DNA of 64,000 bases from Eledone cirrhosa (GCA_964016885.1 OZ024742.1:6820001-6884000), one strand, 5' to 3'; shown: positions 42,931-57,970, counted from the first letter of the stretch. Numbers and translations: made by a program. Notes: generated from the letters alone by a model not told the origin.

Positions 42931-42974
42931 GAAGTATATCTCTAATGACTTGGTTTTTTATTTCATTGTTTTAA

Positions 42975-43082
<108 letters not shown>

Positions 43083-43552
43083 CACACGCACATAGATTTA
43101 TAGCCGTGTATATCAAGATAGAAATAGGGTAGAAGTGGTAAATATAATGATTTTTTACCACATTCCCGATTTAGTGATGTTTAATAGGTTAATACTATGC
43201 TTATATAATTCTGTTTAGACAATCGAATTGACCATCTCCCGCCAATAGAATTATTCCATGGTCTAGATATTATGTTGTCGCAATGGAAATTAAAGTTAGC
43301 AATACGATTGAAAAGTAGAAATTAAAATCCAAAATCATGTTTTAAGTAAATAAATAAAAAAGTCTAAAGTGTGGAGCGTGAAAAGTTAGACAAACAATAA
43401 GTTAATATCACCTCTGTCAAATGAAATTAACAATGAAAAACAATGAAAAAAATGATAAAACAATGAAAAAAATAAAGAAATACAATGAAAATAACGTAAA
43501 TGATTCCCACCCCACGCCCCACACACATCAACACAGTATATACATATATACA

Positions 43553-43735
43553 AGGTTGGATGGCCGTTGACTCTCGTGAGTTCCTCCACCCTTCGTCAGG
43601 TCTTCTTTTTCATCCTGCAGGTTATCCTATCACCCTCCTCACCAAGTAAGCCAGTTTACTCACCGATGACCCCACAATGTGACAGGTTGTACTGGGTTAC
43701 ATGTTACCAGTAGCACCCAAGAGCGATCTGACCAC
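43553..43735 (-). mobile_element. Diverged copy of the 5' leader of the 57360-57970 element
   Basis: Shared GGTGCTACTGGTAACATGTA.CCCAGTACAACCTGTC...TTGGTGAGGAGGGTGA...CCTGCAGGA...GAGTCAA. Confidence 0.75.
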
Positions 43736-43744
43736 ATATATATA

Positions 43745-43835
43745 TTTACTTATTAAAATAACAAATTAAAGTTTAAGCAAAGATTCGTTGCTTTCAACAA
43801 AATCTTCGGATTTTAGTCTTCACATTTATTATTAT

Positions 43836-43840
<5 letters not shown>
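43745..43840. mobile_element. Family F3 copy with 5' inversion
   Basis: GAAAGCAACG block on the minus strand joined to the tail block on the plus strand. Confidence 0.7.
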
Positions 43841-44265
<425 letters not shown>

Positions 44266-44530
44266 ATACACATACATATATATATACATATATACATATA
44301 CATATATACATATATATATATATACAACTTCAGGAGACATAGATATATACATACGTACATAAACACATAAATACATACACAGATGCATACATACATAGAC
44401 ACATACATACACATGCATGTACATATAATCATACAAATATAAACGTATAAAAGATATTTATCCACACACTTATACAGTATATACTCAAATATATTTATAT
44501 ATATACATATATATATATATATATAATATA

Positions 44531-44948
<418 letters not shown>

Positions 44949-44983
44949 GCACACACACACACACACTCACACATATATATATA

Positions 44984-45109
44984 GATGATTTCTAAAGAAT
45001 GAAACAGTTCTAGTCCTGTAGAATCTCATCTATATTAAAACTTTTATACTCTGCAATGTATTGAGTACCTTACTTACTGTGGTTATCTCCGATTCAACCC
45101 GGAATAACG
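44984..45109 (+). mobile_element. Family F4 short insert starting inside a hammerhead-like core; second copy at 62986-63106 has its 5' part inverted
   Basis: GATGA TTTC taaa GAAT GAAA CAGTT..., then TATACTCTGC.ATGTATTGAGTACCTTAC...GGAATAAC(TA)n shared with the 63 kb copy. Confidence 0.75.
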
Positions 45110-45113
45110 TATA

Positions 45114-45170
<57 letters not shown>

Positions 45171-45258
45171 TCTTATTTTTACAAATATTTATTTTCATGG
45201 ACGCACAGATACACATCTTTGTACACTCACACAGAACATATATGTATATGTGTCTGTG

Positions 45259-45311
<53 letters not shown>

Positions 45312-45788
45312 ATGTGTGTGTGTGTGAGAGAGAGGAATAGAGAGTAGAGAAAGAGAGAGATAAAAGGGAGTGTGTGTGTGTGAGTATGTTTGTGTATATG
45401 TGAGCGTAGGTGAGTGCATGTGTGTATATGTCTGTGTGTGTATGTGTCGGCCATTATATATGGTGTGATGAATTAAGACAAAAGCAGTCCAGACGTCTTG
45501 CCAGGCGCAGTACCTACAATCTAATTAAACATTCAGAATAATGAAATTTTATCTAGAGAGTTGTTGGGCTTGTAATTTTGGCCGCTAGGTAGGAAACGTC
45601 CATTAAGTCAATATTTGACAAGCAATTAACGTCTATATAACTACCTAGTTCACTCTGCTATACTGCTTTGTGTTCGTTTAACTCGATTATCTCCCCTGAA
45701 TAAATTACCTACACTTCCTGACAAAATAATCTTTTTTACAAAGATTAGCGTTGCACGTTCGCGGCCTGCCAATATTCTTCACAGAATG

Positions 45789-45833
<45 letters not shown>

Positions 45834-45885
45834 AATAAAGTTAGTCCTTCATCAGTGATCTTCCAACATTCATATATATATATAT

Positions 45886-46082
45886 AACAAAGGAATTGTG
45901 GTAAGGAACCAAATGGACCATAACGCACCAGAGTACTCAATTCTTAGGGTAGTAGAATGGGAAATAGGAAAAAGTATGACCCCGACGGCAGAGCTCAAGC
46001 CGTTTCGACGGCTATTTCTATTTGAGTCCAGAAATAGCCGTCGAAACGGCTTGAGCTCTGCCGTCGGGGTCATACTTTTTCC

Positions 46083-46085
<3 letters not shown>
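45886..46085 (-). mobile_element. Family F2 fold-back element, copy 1 (56-bp arms plus ~78-nt tail)
   Basis: ATAGGAAAAAGTATGACCCCGACGGCAGAGCTCAAGCCGTTTCGACGGCTATTTCT and its reverse complement; (TA)n flanks. Confidence 0.9.
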
Positions 46086-46122
<37 letters not shown>

Positions 46123-46136
46123 TGTATATACATATG

Positions 46137-46212
<76 letters not shown>

Positions 46213-46809
46213 CATATATACGTACTTATACGCACACACACACACATATATATATATGTATTTATGTATGTGTGTGTGTGTTTATTCCATCTGAGAATTT
46301 CTATTTAATCGCTTGTTCGCCTCTTCTCCCTAGAAACTGAGATGATATGTCAGAAAGGCACCGATGAGACGCAGTCAAGACGGCATACCACTGTGTCAGG
46401 ATGGCACCCCTACGACTCCATCAACAGTTAAGTCCCATTTATTTATAAATGACATCATACATGTGTATGTATTTTATTTCTCTTTCTCTATTTACAATCC
46501 AATTACATCAGAACGGTTCTATATACGACTTTCAAAATTACATATATAGTAACATACATACATAAATAAATATGCTAAACAACACTTCAGGCATGCACTC
46601 CACATGTTATATGGTAACTAAATATTTAAGCTAGTTTATAAATGAAGAATTAAAACAATCTCCAAGAAAATATATCTCATGCTGTGATTAACTTTGAATT
46701 TAATCACGTCTAAAACTTGCTGAAAATTATAATTAAAAAAACATGGTCGTTTATTTAAATTTAAATATAACTTATAGAGAGAAATAGATGAAAGCATTTA
46801 TGTTTAAAA

Positions 46810-46844
46810 GTGTTTACGTCCTACCAGTCGTGACTATATCATCA

Positions 46845-46845
<1 letters not shown>
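46810..46845 (-). ncRNA. Possible degenerate hammerhead starting at a microsatellite junction
   Basis: CTGATGA TA TAGTC ac GACTG GTA GGA CG TA: GAAA damaged, 5' strand of stem I absent. Confidence 0.35.
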
Positions 46846-46892
<47 letters not shown>

Positions 46893-46951
46893 ATGTATAT
46901 ATGTATACATACACACACACATATATACACGTATATGCATGTATATGTATT

Positions 46952-46985
<34 letters not shown>

Positions 46986-46994
46986 TATATACAC

Positions 46995-47070
<76 letters not shown>

Positions 47071-47122
47071 GAATATATATACGTATATATATATACACAC
47101 ACACGCATTTATATATATATAT

Positions 47123-47310
47123 ATAGGAAAAAGTACGACCCCGACGGCAGAGCTCAAGCCATTTCGACGGCTATTTCCAGAAATAGCCGTCGAAACGGCT
47201 TGAGCTCTGGTGTCGGGGTCATACTTTTTCCTATTACCCACTCTACTACCCTAAGTATTGAGTACTCTGGTGCGTTATGGTCCATCTGGTTCCTTACCAC
47301 AATTCCTTCG

Positions 47311-47312
<2 letters not shown>
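47123..47312 (+). mobile_element. Family F2 fold-back element, copy 2
   Basis: Same arms and tail as copy 1, opposite orientation. Confidence 0.9.
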
Positions 47313-47346
<34 letters not shown>

Positions 47347-47380
47347 ACACACACACACACACACACATCCACACACACAC

Positions 47381-47438
<58 letters not shown>

Positions 47439-47879
47439 TGCGATCTATAAATATTATGGTTTTATGGTAATGTCTGAAGCACATATCAAATATCAAACAA
47501 GTTGAATTTGAGTTAAGCTTTAAAACTCCTTAACGAGAATTGAAGTACATTATCATCAGATGTAGATTGATCCATACAATTGAATCGTGAAATTGAACAC
47601 AATCTAATAATAACATGACCCTGATCAATATTGCAGATAGTGATATTATTGTGATATGTTGTAATACCAAGTTCAAGGTCAACCGTGACGTAGAGCTACG
47701 AGGGTGGGCTCACAAGTTCTTAGGGTGAAAGGTTTGTAGCACAACATTTCATTGGATGACCAAGATACTCTAATGGAATGACCAAATGAGGTTTAATTTT
47801 CAGCAAAGTCCGTGGAAAGAAACATTGAATTTATTAATAAGAGATGGAATTTATTTATGCAAGATTTCACAGCTCTAGT

Positions 47880-48265
47880 ATCACTCTTTCGTAGTCAGCC
47901 CCTGGGAGATGAAAGGCAAAGTTGACTTCGGCTGGATTTGAACACAGAAGGTAAACAAATATCTATGGTAAATGCATTTCGTTACGGCCATCATTACATT
48001 CTGAGTTCAAATCCGACCGAGGTCAACGGATGTGGGCACTTAATTACCCGAAATAATGGTTTCTCATTTAGACACAAAGCCAACAATTTGGGAAAAGGGG
48101 AAAATCAATTAAGTCGATCCCAGTGCATTACTGGTACTTTATTTTATCAAACCCGTAAGGCTGAAAAACAAAGCTAACCTCGGCAGGGTTTGAATTCAAA
48201 ACGTAAAAGCACGTAACTCTATACCACAAATCATGTAGTTCGACGCTCTACCGATTCGGTCACTC
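47880..48265 (-). mobile_element. Cluster of decayed tRNA-derived SINE copies (fullest at 48055-48265)
   Basis: Minus strand has A-box-like TGACCGAATCGGTAGAGC and B-box-like GAATTCAAACC, then GATAAAATAAAGTACCAGT..CTGGGATCGA as I recall from octopus SINEs; partial copies at ~47910-47950 (-) and ~48000-48028 (+). Confidence 0.65.
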
Positions 48266-48479
48266 TACAGTCCTTCTCTCATGCTAATCAAATGCGAGAA
48301 AAGACAATGTTCTCGATTATCAGCAGCAGTTATTCAACGGAAGTTACTATCTTGACTAAAGGAAGTGATACAGACTAGAACTACTAACACCTTACACGTG
48401 ACCTGGGATAATTGGAACAGGTAGAAAACATTGGTGTCTTAGGTGAAGTATATCATAACAATGGGAGACTTTGATGGCA

Positions 48480-49910
48480 CAACAACCATCACCACCACTA
48501 CTACAACCACCATCACCACCACTACTGCAACCACCATCACCACCACTACTACAACCACCATCACCACCACTACTGCAACCACTATCACCACCATTACTAC
48601 AACCACCATCATCACCACTACTACAACCACCATCACCACCACTACTGCAACCACTATCACCACCATTACTACAACCACCATCACCACCACTACTGCAACC
48701 ACCATCACCACCACTACTACAACCACCATCACCACCACTACTGCAACCACTATCACCACCATTACTACAACCACCATCATCACCACTACTACAACCACCA
48801 CCACCACCACTACTGCAACCACCATCACCACCACTACTACAACCACCACCACCACCACTACTACAACCACTATCACCACCATTACTACAACCACCATCAT
48901 CACCACTACTACAACCACCACCACCACCACTACTGCAACCACCACCACCACCACTACTACAACCACCATCACCACCACTACTACAACCACCATCACCACC
49001 ACTACTACAACCACCATCACCACCACTACTGCAACCACCATCACCACCACTACTACAACCACCATCACCACCACTACTACAACCACCATCACCACCACTA
49101 CTGCAACCACCATCACCACCACTACTACAACCATCATCACCACCACTACTACAACCACCATCACCACCACTACTACAACCACCATCACCACCACTACTAC
49201 AACAACCACCACCACCACTACTACAACCACCATCACCACCACTACTACAACCACCATCACCACCACTACTACAACAACCACCACCACCACTACTACAACC
49301 ACCATCACCACCACTACTGCAACCACCATCACCACCACTACTACAACCACCATCACCACCACTACTACAACCACCATCACCACCACTACTGCAACCACCA
49401 TCACCACCACTACTACAACCACCATCACCACCACTACTACAACCACCATCACCACCACTACTACAACAACCACCACCACCACTACTACAACCACCATCAC
49501 CACCACTACTACAACCACCACCACCACCACTACTACAACCACCATCACCACCACTACTACAACCACCACCACCACCACTACTGCAACCATCATCACCACC
49601 ACTACTACAACCACCATCACCACCACTACTACAACCACCATCACCACCACTACTACCACCACCATCACCACCACTACTGCAACCACCATCACCACCACTA
49701 CTACAACCACCGATACCACCACTAGCAGCACTACCCCCACCACTGCAACCACCACCATCACCACTACCAGCACCACCACCACGACCATCACCACTAACAA
49801 CACCACCATCACCACCGCCTCCACCACCATCACCACCGCCGCCACCACCATTAGCAGCACCACTACCACCCCCACTGCAACTACCACCACCTCCACCGTC
49901 ACCACCACCA
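48480..49910. repeat. 24-bp minisatellite ACCACCATCACCACCACTACT(A/G)CA decaying into (ACC)n-like triplets
   Basis: Directly visible. Confidence 0.95.
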
Positions 49911-49934
49911 ATAATAGCAGCAGGAGCAGCAGCT

Positions 49935-50080
49935 GCAGTAGTAGTAGTAGTAGTAGTAGTAGTGTTAGTAGTAGTAGTAGTAGTAGTAGTAGCAGTAGTA
50001 GTAGTAGTAGTAGTAGTAGTAGCAGTAGTAGTAGCAGTAGTAGTAGCAGTAGTAGTAGTAGTAGTAGTAGTAGCAGTAGC

Positions 50081-50172
<92 letters not shown>

Positions 50173-50185
50173 CAGTAGTAGTAGC

Positions 50186-50229
<44 letters not shown>

Positions 50230-50317
50230 CAGTAGTATTAGTAGTAGCAGTAGTAGTAGCAGTAGTAGTAGTAGTAGCAGTAGTAGTAGTAGTAGTAGTA
50301 GCAGCAGTAGTAGTAGC

Positions 50318-50364
<47 letters not shown>

Positions 50365-50384
50365 GAGTAGTAGTAGTAGTAGCT

Positions 50385-50427
<43 letters not shown>

Positions 50428-50428
50428 C

Positions 50429-50487
<59 letters not shown>

Positions 50488-50488
50488 C

Positions 50489-50523
<35 letters not shown>

Positions 50524-50645
50524 CAGTAGTAGTAGCAGTAGTAGTAGTAGTAGTAGCAGTAGTAGTAGTAGTAGTAGCAGTAGTAGTAGTAGTAGTAGTA
50601 GTAGTAGCAGTAGTAGCAGTAGTAGTAGTAGTAGTAGTAGTAGTG
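49935..50645. repeat. (AGT)n/(AGC) trinucleotide tract
   Basis: Directly visible. Confidence 0.97.
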
Positions 50646-51187
50646 TTACAGTTACTATAAATCTATGCAATAAATTATTAAATGCAATTTCCTTTATTTT
50701 ATTTTACGCAACCAATATCCATTCGTACGTCCCCCCAATGTTAGATGTGTTCTACCTACACACCCCTACACCCTGTTAATGGACGGTTCTGGTCCGTCCA
50801 GCTTACTTTTACACCTTAATTTTACCGACTTGGTCGTCCATGTCACTTTATGAGATTGTACGTTGCTGTTATTATCTGGCTGTCGAGCAAATGTATTCAT
50901 ATTTTACACACATCTCTATTATTTGCTTTATTTACAAGTTAGTTCGGCATTGAAACAGGTCATTATAAGAGCGGCCATCTCATTGCACGCACTCTTTAAA
51001 TCTTCCATTCTTGTGAGATTTTACGGCTTCTAGGGAGAAATAGACAACCTCGTTTTCATTTCTGATTTTTACTTCTTTCCTTTATGACGTTCGTCATTTT
51101 ATCTGCATGTCTATCTATCTATTTCACCGTTTGTCTGCTTATCTGTCTGTCTTTATGGCTGTCGGTATCTCCATCTGTCAATCTATC

Positions 51188-54017
51188 TTAGAGCCACTGC
51201 TGCGGAAGTTGGAATTGTTGCAGGGCATCCCGTTGGAACCGGGATTGCGGAAAGCGGTGTCGGCCTACGCCGATGACGTAACAGTAATGGTGTCGACGGC
51301 CTCGGAAATCGGGGCGATCGGCACCTTACTGGAGGAGTACGAAAGGTTTACAGGGGCTAAGCTGAACCAGTTTTTCGATGCAAAGCACGAAGGCTGCGTC
51401 ATTCGAAGTAAAATACATGCTCTAGGTAATGAGGGGGCCAAAGCCGTTGGCTGGGCCCGCGTGACAGAAGCTAAGAGTGGAAATCGATCCACCATCCGGT
51501 CGTTGCAAGACGAAGATGGACGGGTGATCCGGGAGCCTAAGCAGATGTGCGAGGCCTTTCAAAGGCATTTTGCCCGATTGTTCGGGGGAGGCGAGGGTCC
51601 GGGCGGAGGCGTGGATTTCGGTCCATACCTCGACGGTCTGCCGCGTCTCTCGAGCGAAGAGGCAGAGTCCTGCGAGGGACCAATCTCGGCTGATGAGATC
51701 GGAGATGCGCTGAGCCAATGCAGCAGACGCAAATCTCCAGGTCTCGATGGTATACCTTACGAACTTTATTTAGCAATGCCGGTCTTCTTCTCCGAACTCC
51801 TCGAAGCGGTCTACTGCAATTGGCAGCAGAACGGGAGAATTCCTTGTTCTGTAGCCAAGGGCGTAGTCACGTTGGTGAGGAAGGACGAGAACAAGGGAGA
51901 TAGTATAAATAATTTTCGGCCCATAACCCTGCTAAACACAGAGTTAAAGATTTTGGCCAAGGTGTTAGCAAAGAGGTTGGCGCTTGTCGTGGGTGGCCTG
52001 GTGGGAGATGCGCAGACATGTGCTATCCCATCCAGGTCCATTCACGATAATCTCCAGCTCATGCGATACATCATAGAGAGGGTTGGCAACAAACCCGGCT
52101 TCGGTGGGGCCCTGATCAACTTGGATCAGTCTAAGGCCTTCGATAGGGTCGACCATGGTTACCTGGATGCGGTGCTAGCGGCGGCTGGGTTCGGTCCTGT
52201 TTTCAGAGGCTGGATCACTGCCTTACATAGCAACCACATCTGTTCTAGGATCAAGGTGAACGGCTACCTTTCGAAGCCGTTCGAAATCACACGATCCATT
52301 CGACAGGGGTGACCTCTCTCCTCCCTTCTGTACGCATTGACTCTCGAGCCTTTACTGAGGAAGTTGGAGTTGTTGCAGGGTATCCCCCTGGAACCAGGAT
52401 TGAGCAAAGCGGTGTCGGCCTACGCCGATGACGTAACAGTAATGGTATCAACCGACTCGGAGATCGAGGCGATCGGTACCTTACTGGAGGAGTACGAAAG
52501 GTTGTCAGGAGCGAAACTGAACCGGGAAAAATCCATCGGGCTGCAACTCGGAACGTGGAGAGGCAGACCGATGCCTCCTGACGGTGTCGTCGGACACTGG
52601 ACGGAGGGCCCGGTAAAGTTGCTTGGGGTCTGGTTTGGACCGGACCTCCAGGTGGAAAAGAACTGGAACGAGGTTACGAACAAGGTGTTTGCACTAACCC
52701 AGAAATGGGCCAAGTGTAAGCTGTCCCTAAAAGGCCGGGCGGAGGTGGCGAACATTTACATAGCGTCCGTCACTTACTACCGCCTGACTGTCGTGCCTTG
52801 CCCTAAGGAAACACTCACCACCATGGAACGCATGCTCTTCCAATTTCTTTGGAAGAAGCGTCCTCCTATGGTGAGAAGATCCATCTGCTGCCAACAACCT
52901 TCGAAAGGAGGGCTGGGGATGCCGTGGTTGATGATGCGTAGGCACGCATTAAGGCTACGGCACCTACAGGTATTCCTCACTGGTCAACCGGTGTGGGCTC
53001 CGTTCGTGAAACGAGCCTTTCCGAGACTCGTCTCGCTCACCGAGCTACAGTCCTGGGTCAAGCAAAGATCCGGAAAACTGGGAGACTGGCACACTGAGTG
53101 TGCTCAGGCGCTCAGGGCTCTCTGGCAAGCAGGCCAGGCCATCGGTGGAGAATCCACCTCATCATTCTATAGAGGGCTGGTGGCTAGCAGGGGCGATGAC
53201 ACCCTTGGAGAGTCGCTGGTCATGGAAGAAGACGAACTGGCCAGCCTGTTCGGTAGGACTTTCGGCCCAGGACCAATGGACAACTTCCAGAAGTCACTGG
53301 CCTGGCAGTGCTACCGGGGGGCTCTACCCGTTCGAGAGAGGCTCTACAGACACGGGCGCCCGGGCAGGGATCCCTCAAAAAAGATTTGCCCTAGATGCGT
53401 GCGTCACAAAGAAACCGTTGCGCACGCATTGGTGCAATGTCCGGGCGTGGCTGATCTGTGGGGCTACGCCGAACGACTGCTGTCGCGGGTGGCGCCGATT
53501 AAATTGACCGCCGAGTCCGTGATGACAATCAAACCGCCTCCCCTCTTCACAAAGGAAGCAAAGGCGGTTTTTCTGTGCGTAATAGCCATGTTGAAAGAGG
53601 TTGTTTGGTGGACACGATTGAAAGGTCTGAGGTCAGGCAACTTCCTCTCTGGCCATAGTCTGGTCTACTTCTTCCGATATCACTTCGGAAGAAGGATAAG
53701 AATGGAGAGAGAGGTGCTTGGCCACAGGCAGTTTTATGAAAGGTGGGTGATAGTGGCGAAAATGGCTCGTGTAAATGGGCCTTCTCTGTATACCATCCTG
53801 TAGGTAAAGAAGTAAAGGAGAGGGGAGCACCTTCTCCATGTGCTCCCCGGGCAAAGGATTGCACACTTTTTCGGGGGTGTGTGCAACCCCCATCACGTCC
53901 CCTCCCTTTTGAGGTTATTTTCGATTATTTTCATGTTACACCCTTTTTACTCGATTATATGTAAACTCCCCCTTTGTATTTGTCCCTTCTTTTTATGCCT
54001 TTATGGTAAATAAAGAA
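51188..54017 (+). mobile_element. Tx1/L1-clade LINE, 5'-truncated ORF2 (RT + C-terminal zinc-binding region), one in-frame TGA, 3' UTR with AATAAA, inserted in (TCTA)n
   Basis: KSPGLDGIPYELY, NFRPITLLNTELKILAK, LDQSKAFDRVDH, RQG*PLS, AYADDV, KGGLG, CPRC...ETVAHALVQC; AATAAA ~54008; TCTA repeats on both flanks. Confidence 0.93.
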
Positions 54018-54670
54018 ATCTATCTATCTAATCTATCTATCTATCTATCTAATCTATCTATCTATCTATCTATGTATCTATCTCTTCCTATCTCTTCTTC
54101 CTTTTCTTAAACAGTATACATCCGTACACACACACACGCGCACACACGCACATATATGGGCGTGTGTGCGCGTGTGTGTGTATGTATATATGTGTGCATA
54201 TCATCATCATCATATATAATTATTTCTATGTATGTATATATGTGTGTATATATATGTGTGTATGTATATATGTATGTATGTATGTGTATATATATGTATA
54301 GGAAGTTAATGTAAACACCCCCATATACTATATATTCTATTCCATTCTCTATAAATTTTTATCTCCATCTCATCAAGGATTCACATCACCACTGGAGGAC
54401 AAATACACAACACCGACTCACACACACACACACTCTCTCTCACACACACATACATATACTCACACATACACATACACACAGACGTAAACCAAGAGCCGTG
54501 CACATCCATCCTACACCACATGGAAGACTTACACACACACAACAAACACACCGCAATATAAAATCTACATAGACTCAGTGTACTTACATACACACACACT
54601 GCACAACATAATATATGTATAGACACAATGTACACACATATACATACACTCCTAAAGTATAACAATACAC

Positions 54671-54708
<38 letters not shown>

Positions 54709-54754
54709 ACACACACACAAACACACACACATACACACACACATATATATATAT

Positions 54755-54900
54755 ATGAAATATTTCAATAGGAAGGGTAAAGGAAAGGAGAGTGCTCTAT
54801 GTATGCTACAGAGCTATTTAATTATGTAATAAACAATATGATTCTCATGAGCGATTTCAGACGTCTCTGTTGAGCTCGTCTGTCTTCGTGAAACCTTTTG
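54755..54900 (-). mobile_element. Short insert with a degenerate hammerhead (54840-54895) and a GCTCTGT..AGAGCAC tail hairpin; related tail at 60362-60460
   Basis: Minus strand TTTCA CGAAGA C AGACG...CGTCT GAAA TCGC TC ATGAGA. Confidence 0.55.
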
Positions 54901-55215
54901 TAAATGGAATAATTGTTTCATGTTGTTTATTACATAATTAAATATATAAATATATATATATAAACGGAAAAAATGAAACGAAATTCCATTTCCCACTCTT
55001 AGTACGGCTGTTACTTAAATATAAATATGTATACGTACATAGATATATGTATACGGACGTACAGTAGTATGAATATATATATATACATACATGCACATAT
55101 ATATATATGTACGTATGGATTCACCGAACATTTATTATAATGCTCGGTGTGTTTGTATTAAGTATTAAGCCGTAGTGTCTAGCAACCATCGTTGCTCGTT
55201 TGTTCAACACTGACA

Positions 55216-55270
55216 AAGGAACTCTGTACTAGTTTCAAGCTTATTAGCTATCGTCAGCAACGTATACCTT
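55216..55270 (-). ncRNA. Intact minimal type I hammerhead ribozyme
   Basis: Minus strand AAGG tatacg TTG CTGACGA T AGCT aata AGCT T GAAA CTAG TA^CAG agtt CCTT; palindrome ACTAGT; cut between 55227 and 55226. Confidence 0.85.
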
Positions 55271-55429
55271 CCTGCTAGATGATTGAACGTCTGAAAGTAT
55301 ATACTTTCCTTATGCATATTAACAGCTGAGTAGCCCAATTTGCATATCGAGTGGGTTAATCGGCCGGGTGCACCGAAAACGATAAGCGGAGAAAATGAAA
55401 CGAAATTTCATTTCCCACTCTTAGTACGG

Positions 55430-55737
<308 letters not shown>

Positions 55738-55738
55738 C

Positions 55739-55790
<52 letters not shown>

Positions 55791-56005
55791 ATATATATAT
55801 ATATATATACCTACATACATATATGTATACGGACGTACAGTAGTATGTATATATATATACATACATGCACACATATATACATGTACGTATGGATTCACCG
55901 TACATTTATTATAATGCTCGGTGTGTTTGTAAACAATGTTCGGTGAATCCATACGTACATATATATATGTGTGCATGTATGTATATATATATATATACAT
56001 ACTAC

Positions 56006-56869
56006 TAAGACAAATTCGAACTGATCCACTTTGGAAAAGAGGATGCTCTGAAACTCCCGTACTCCCTTCCCTCCGGGGAAACTCTCGTGGCATCTAACAA
56101 CATCAGAGACTTGGGAGTAACCGTGGACAGCAACATAAGCTGGACCACGCATATAAGCAGCAAAGTTGACATGGCCCGCAGAATGTGTTCCTGGATCCTC
56201 AGAACCTTCCAGTCGAGAGATTCCCGCACCATTATCCTTCTCTTCTCTACTTTCGCCCGACCACACCTTGAATACTGTTGTCCACTGTGGTCTCCCCACA
56301 CGAAACAAAGTATCATGAAACTTGAAGCTCCTCAAAGGGCAATCACGAAAAAGATAGATGGCATGTCAGACCTTGACTACTGGGGTCGATTAGAAAACCT
56401 GAAACTTTACTCACTCCAACGTCGCCGTGAGCGTTATATTATCTGCATGATGTGGAAAATGTTCCATCATCACTGCCCAAATGATGTTGGCATCGCCTTC
56501 AAGATACACCCAAGGCTTGGGCCCCGTGCTATCCGTCCCATTCAAAAATCTAAATCGCAACTCATAACAACAATACGGCACAATTATTTCACCTCAATCG
56601 GCCCTGCTCTCTTCAACATCACACCAGGACACGTCAAAACAGAAACTGACCACACAAAATTCAAGAAGTCTTTGGACAAATTCCTCCAAGTAATCCCGGA
56701 CAAACCACCCACACCCGGATATGTCTCCGCAAACAGTAATTCTCTTCTCGAATGGGCCATGGTGCCCAAATCCTGAATTGAAAGACTTCGCCAGGTGGTG
56801 CTATTAAGTTAGACATGGCCTGGGCCAATGCTGGCCAAAACATTTCAAAGTTATTCAAAGTTAAGTTAC
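56006..56869 (+). mobile_element. CR1-type LINE, 5'-truncated 3' end (reading frame open from ~56009 to 56776)
   Basis: [35 protein letters not shown]...[20 protein letters not shown]; short CAAAGTTA tail repeats. Confidence 0.9.
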
Positions 56870-56907
56870 TGTACGTCCGCATACATATATGTATGTACGT
56901 ATACATA

Positions 56908-56980
<73 letters not shown>

Positions 56981-57359
56981 ATACATACACATGTATGTAT
57001 ATATATGTATGTATATATATGTGTGTATGTATGTATATATATGTGTGTATGTATGTGTATATATGTGTGCATGTATGTATATATATGTGTATGTATGTAT
57101 ATATATATGTGTATGTATGTATATATATATGTGTATGTATGTATATATATATGTGTGTATGTATATATATATGTGTGTATGTATGTATGTAAATATATGT
57201 GTATGTATGTATATATATATGTGTGTATATGTATGTATGTATATATATGTGTGTGTATGTATGTATATATATGTGTGTGTATGTATGTATATATATGTGT
57301 GTGTATGTATGTATATATGTATGTGTGTATGTATGTGTATGTATGTGTGTGTATGTTAT

Positions 57360-57968
57360 GTCAGGTCACCAGTTGGTGCTACTGGTAACATGTATCCCAG
57401 TACAACCTGTCTCATGGTCAGGTCGTTGGCGACTAAACTGGCAACCCTACCAAGGTTTCTTGGTGAGGAGGGTGACTTTGGACATCCTGCAGGACTAAAA
57501 ACAAAACCTATCAAAGGGCAAAGGAGCTCTTCAGAGTCAATGACCATCCAAAATCACCGGGAGAGATGACCCCTTAGCCTTTGTCAAGGCAGAATTCCAG
57601 GAGAAGGAAAACTCTGATATAACACCTGCAACCCTGATGGTATCCAATGATGTTGACATGTTCTTCTTTTTGGTAAATATCATCTTGGTTAAGGGAGTGG
57701 GACTGGCTTTGTGCAGTGCCTTTGCTCACTATAAAAGCTTCACGGCACAGGCATTGCTTTATTATCTGGAGATCTTTCTGCACTTGTCGTCACATGGTAC
57801 CATGGGCCCAGCACTATGTGTCAATAATTGTCACAAGTGTAGTGACTGTACCAGAGTTTTCAAGTCGCTGGCTGGACTAAAAAGTCACACTCGTTCAGCG
57901 CATCGGTAGGGGTTCTCCTACTTGGATATAAAGTAGTGGCCATACTCGAAAACGAGTTGGCAGCCACC

Positions 57969-57970
<2 letters not shown>
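57360..57970 (+). mobile_element. Internally deleted (bipartite) non-autonomous RTE-like element
   Basis: 5' leader shared with 43553-43735; the 3' end encodes the C2H2-like CSDCTRVFKSLAGLKSHTRSAH typical of RTE C-termini; short 3' UTR into (TA)n. Confidence 0.6.

Noticed and set aside
45832-45870. CTGATGA on the minus strand between TA tracts
   Set aside because: No GAAA or stem III follows; at most a fragment
46360-46410. CCGATGA plus an 8-bp hairpin
   Set aside because: No GAAA/NUH after the stem
52310-52312. TGA at the Cys of RQGCPLS as possible selenocysteine
   Set aside because: A single-base nonsense change in a truncated copy is simpler and I see no SECIS. It would matter only if TGA is in the family consensus.
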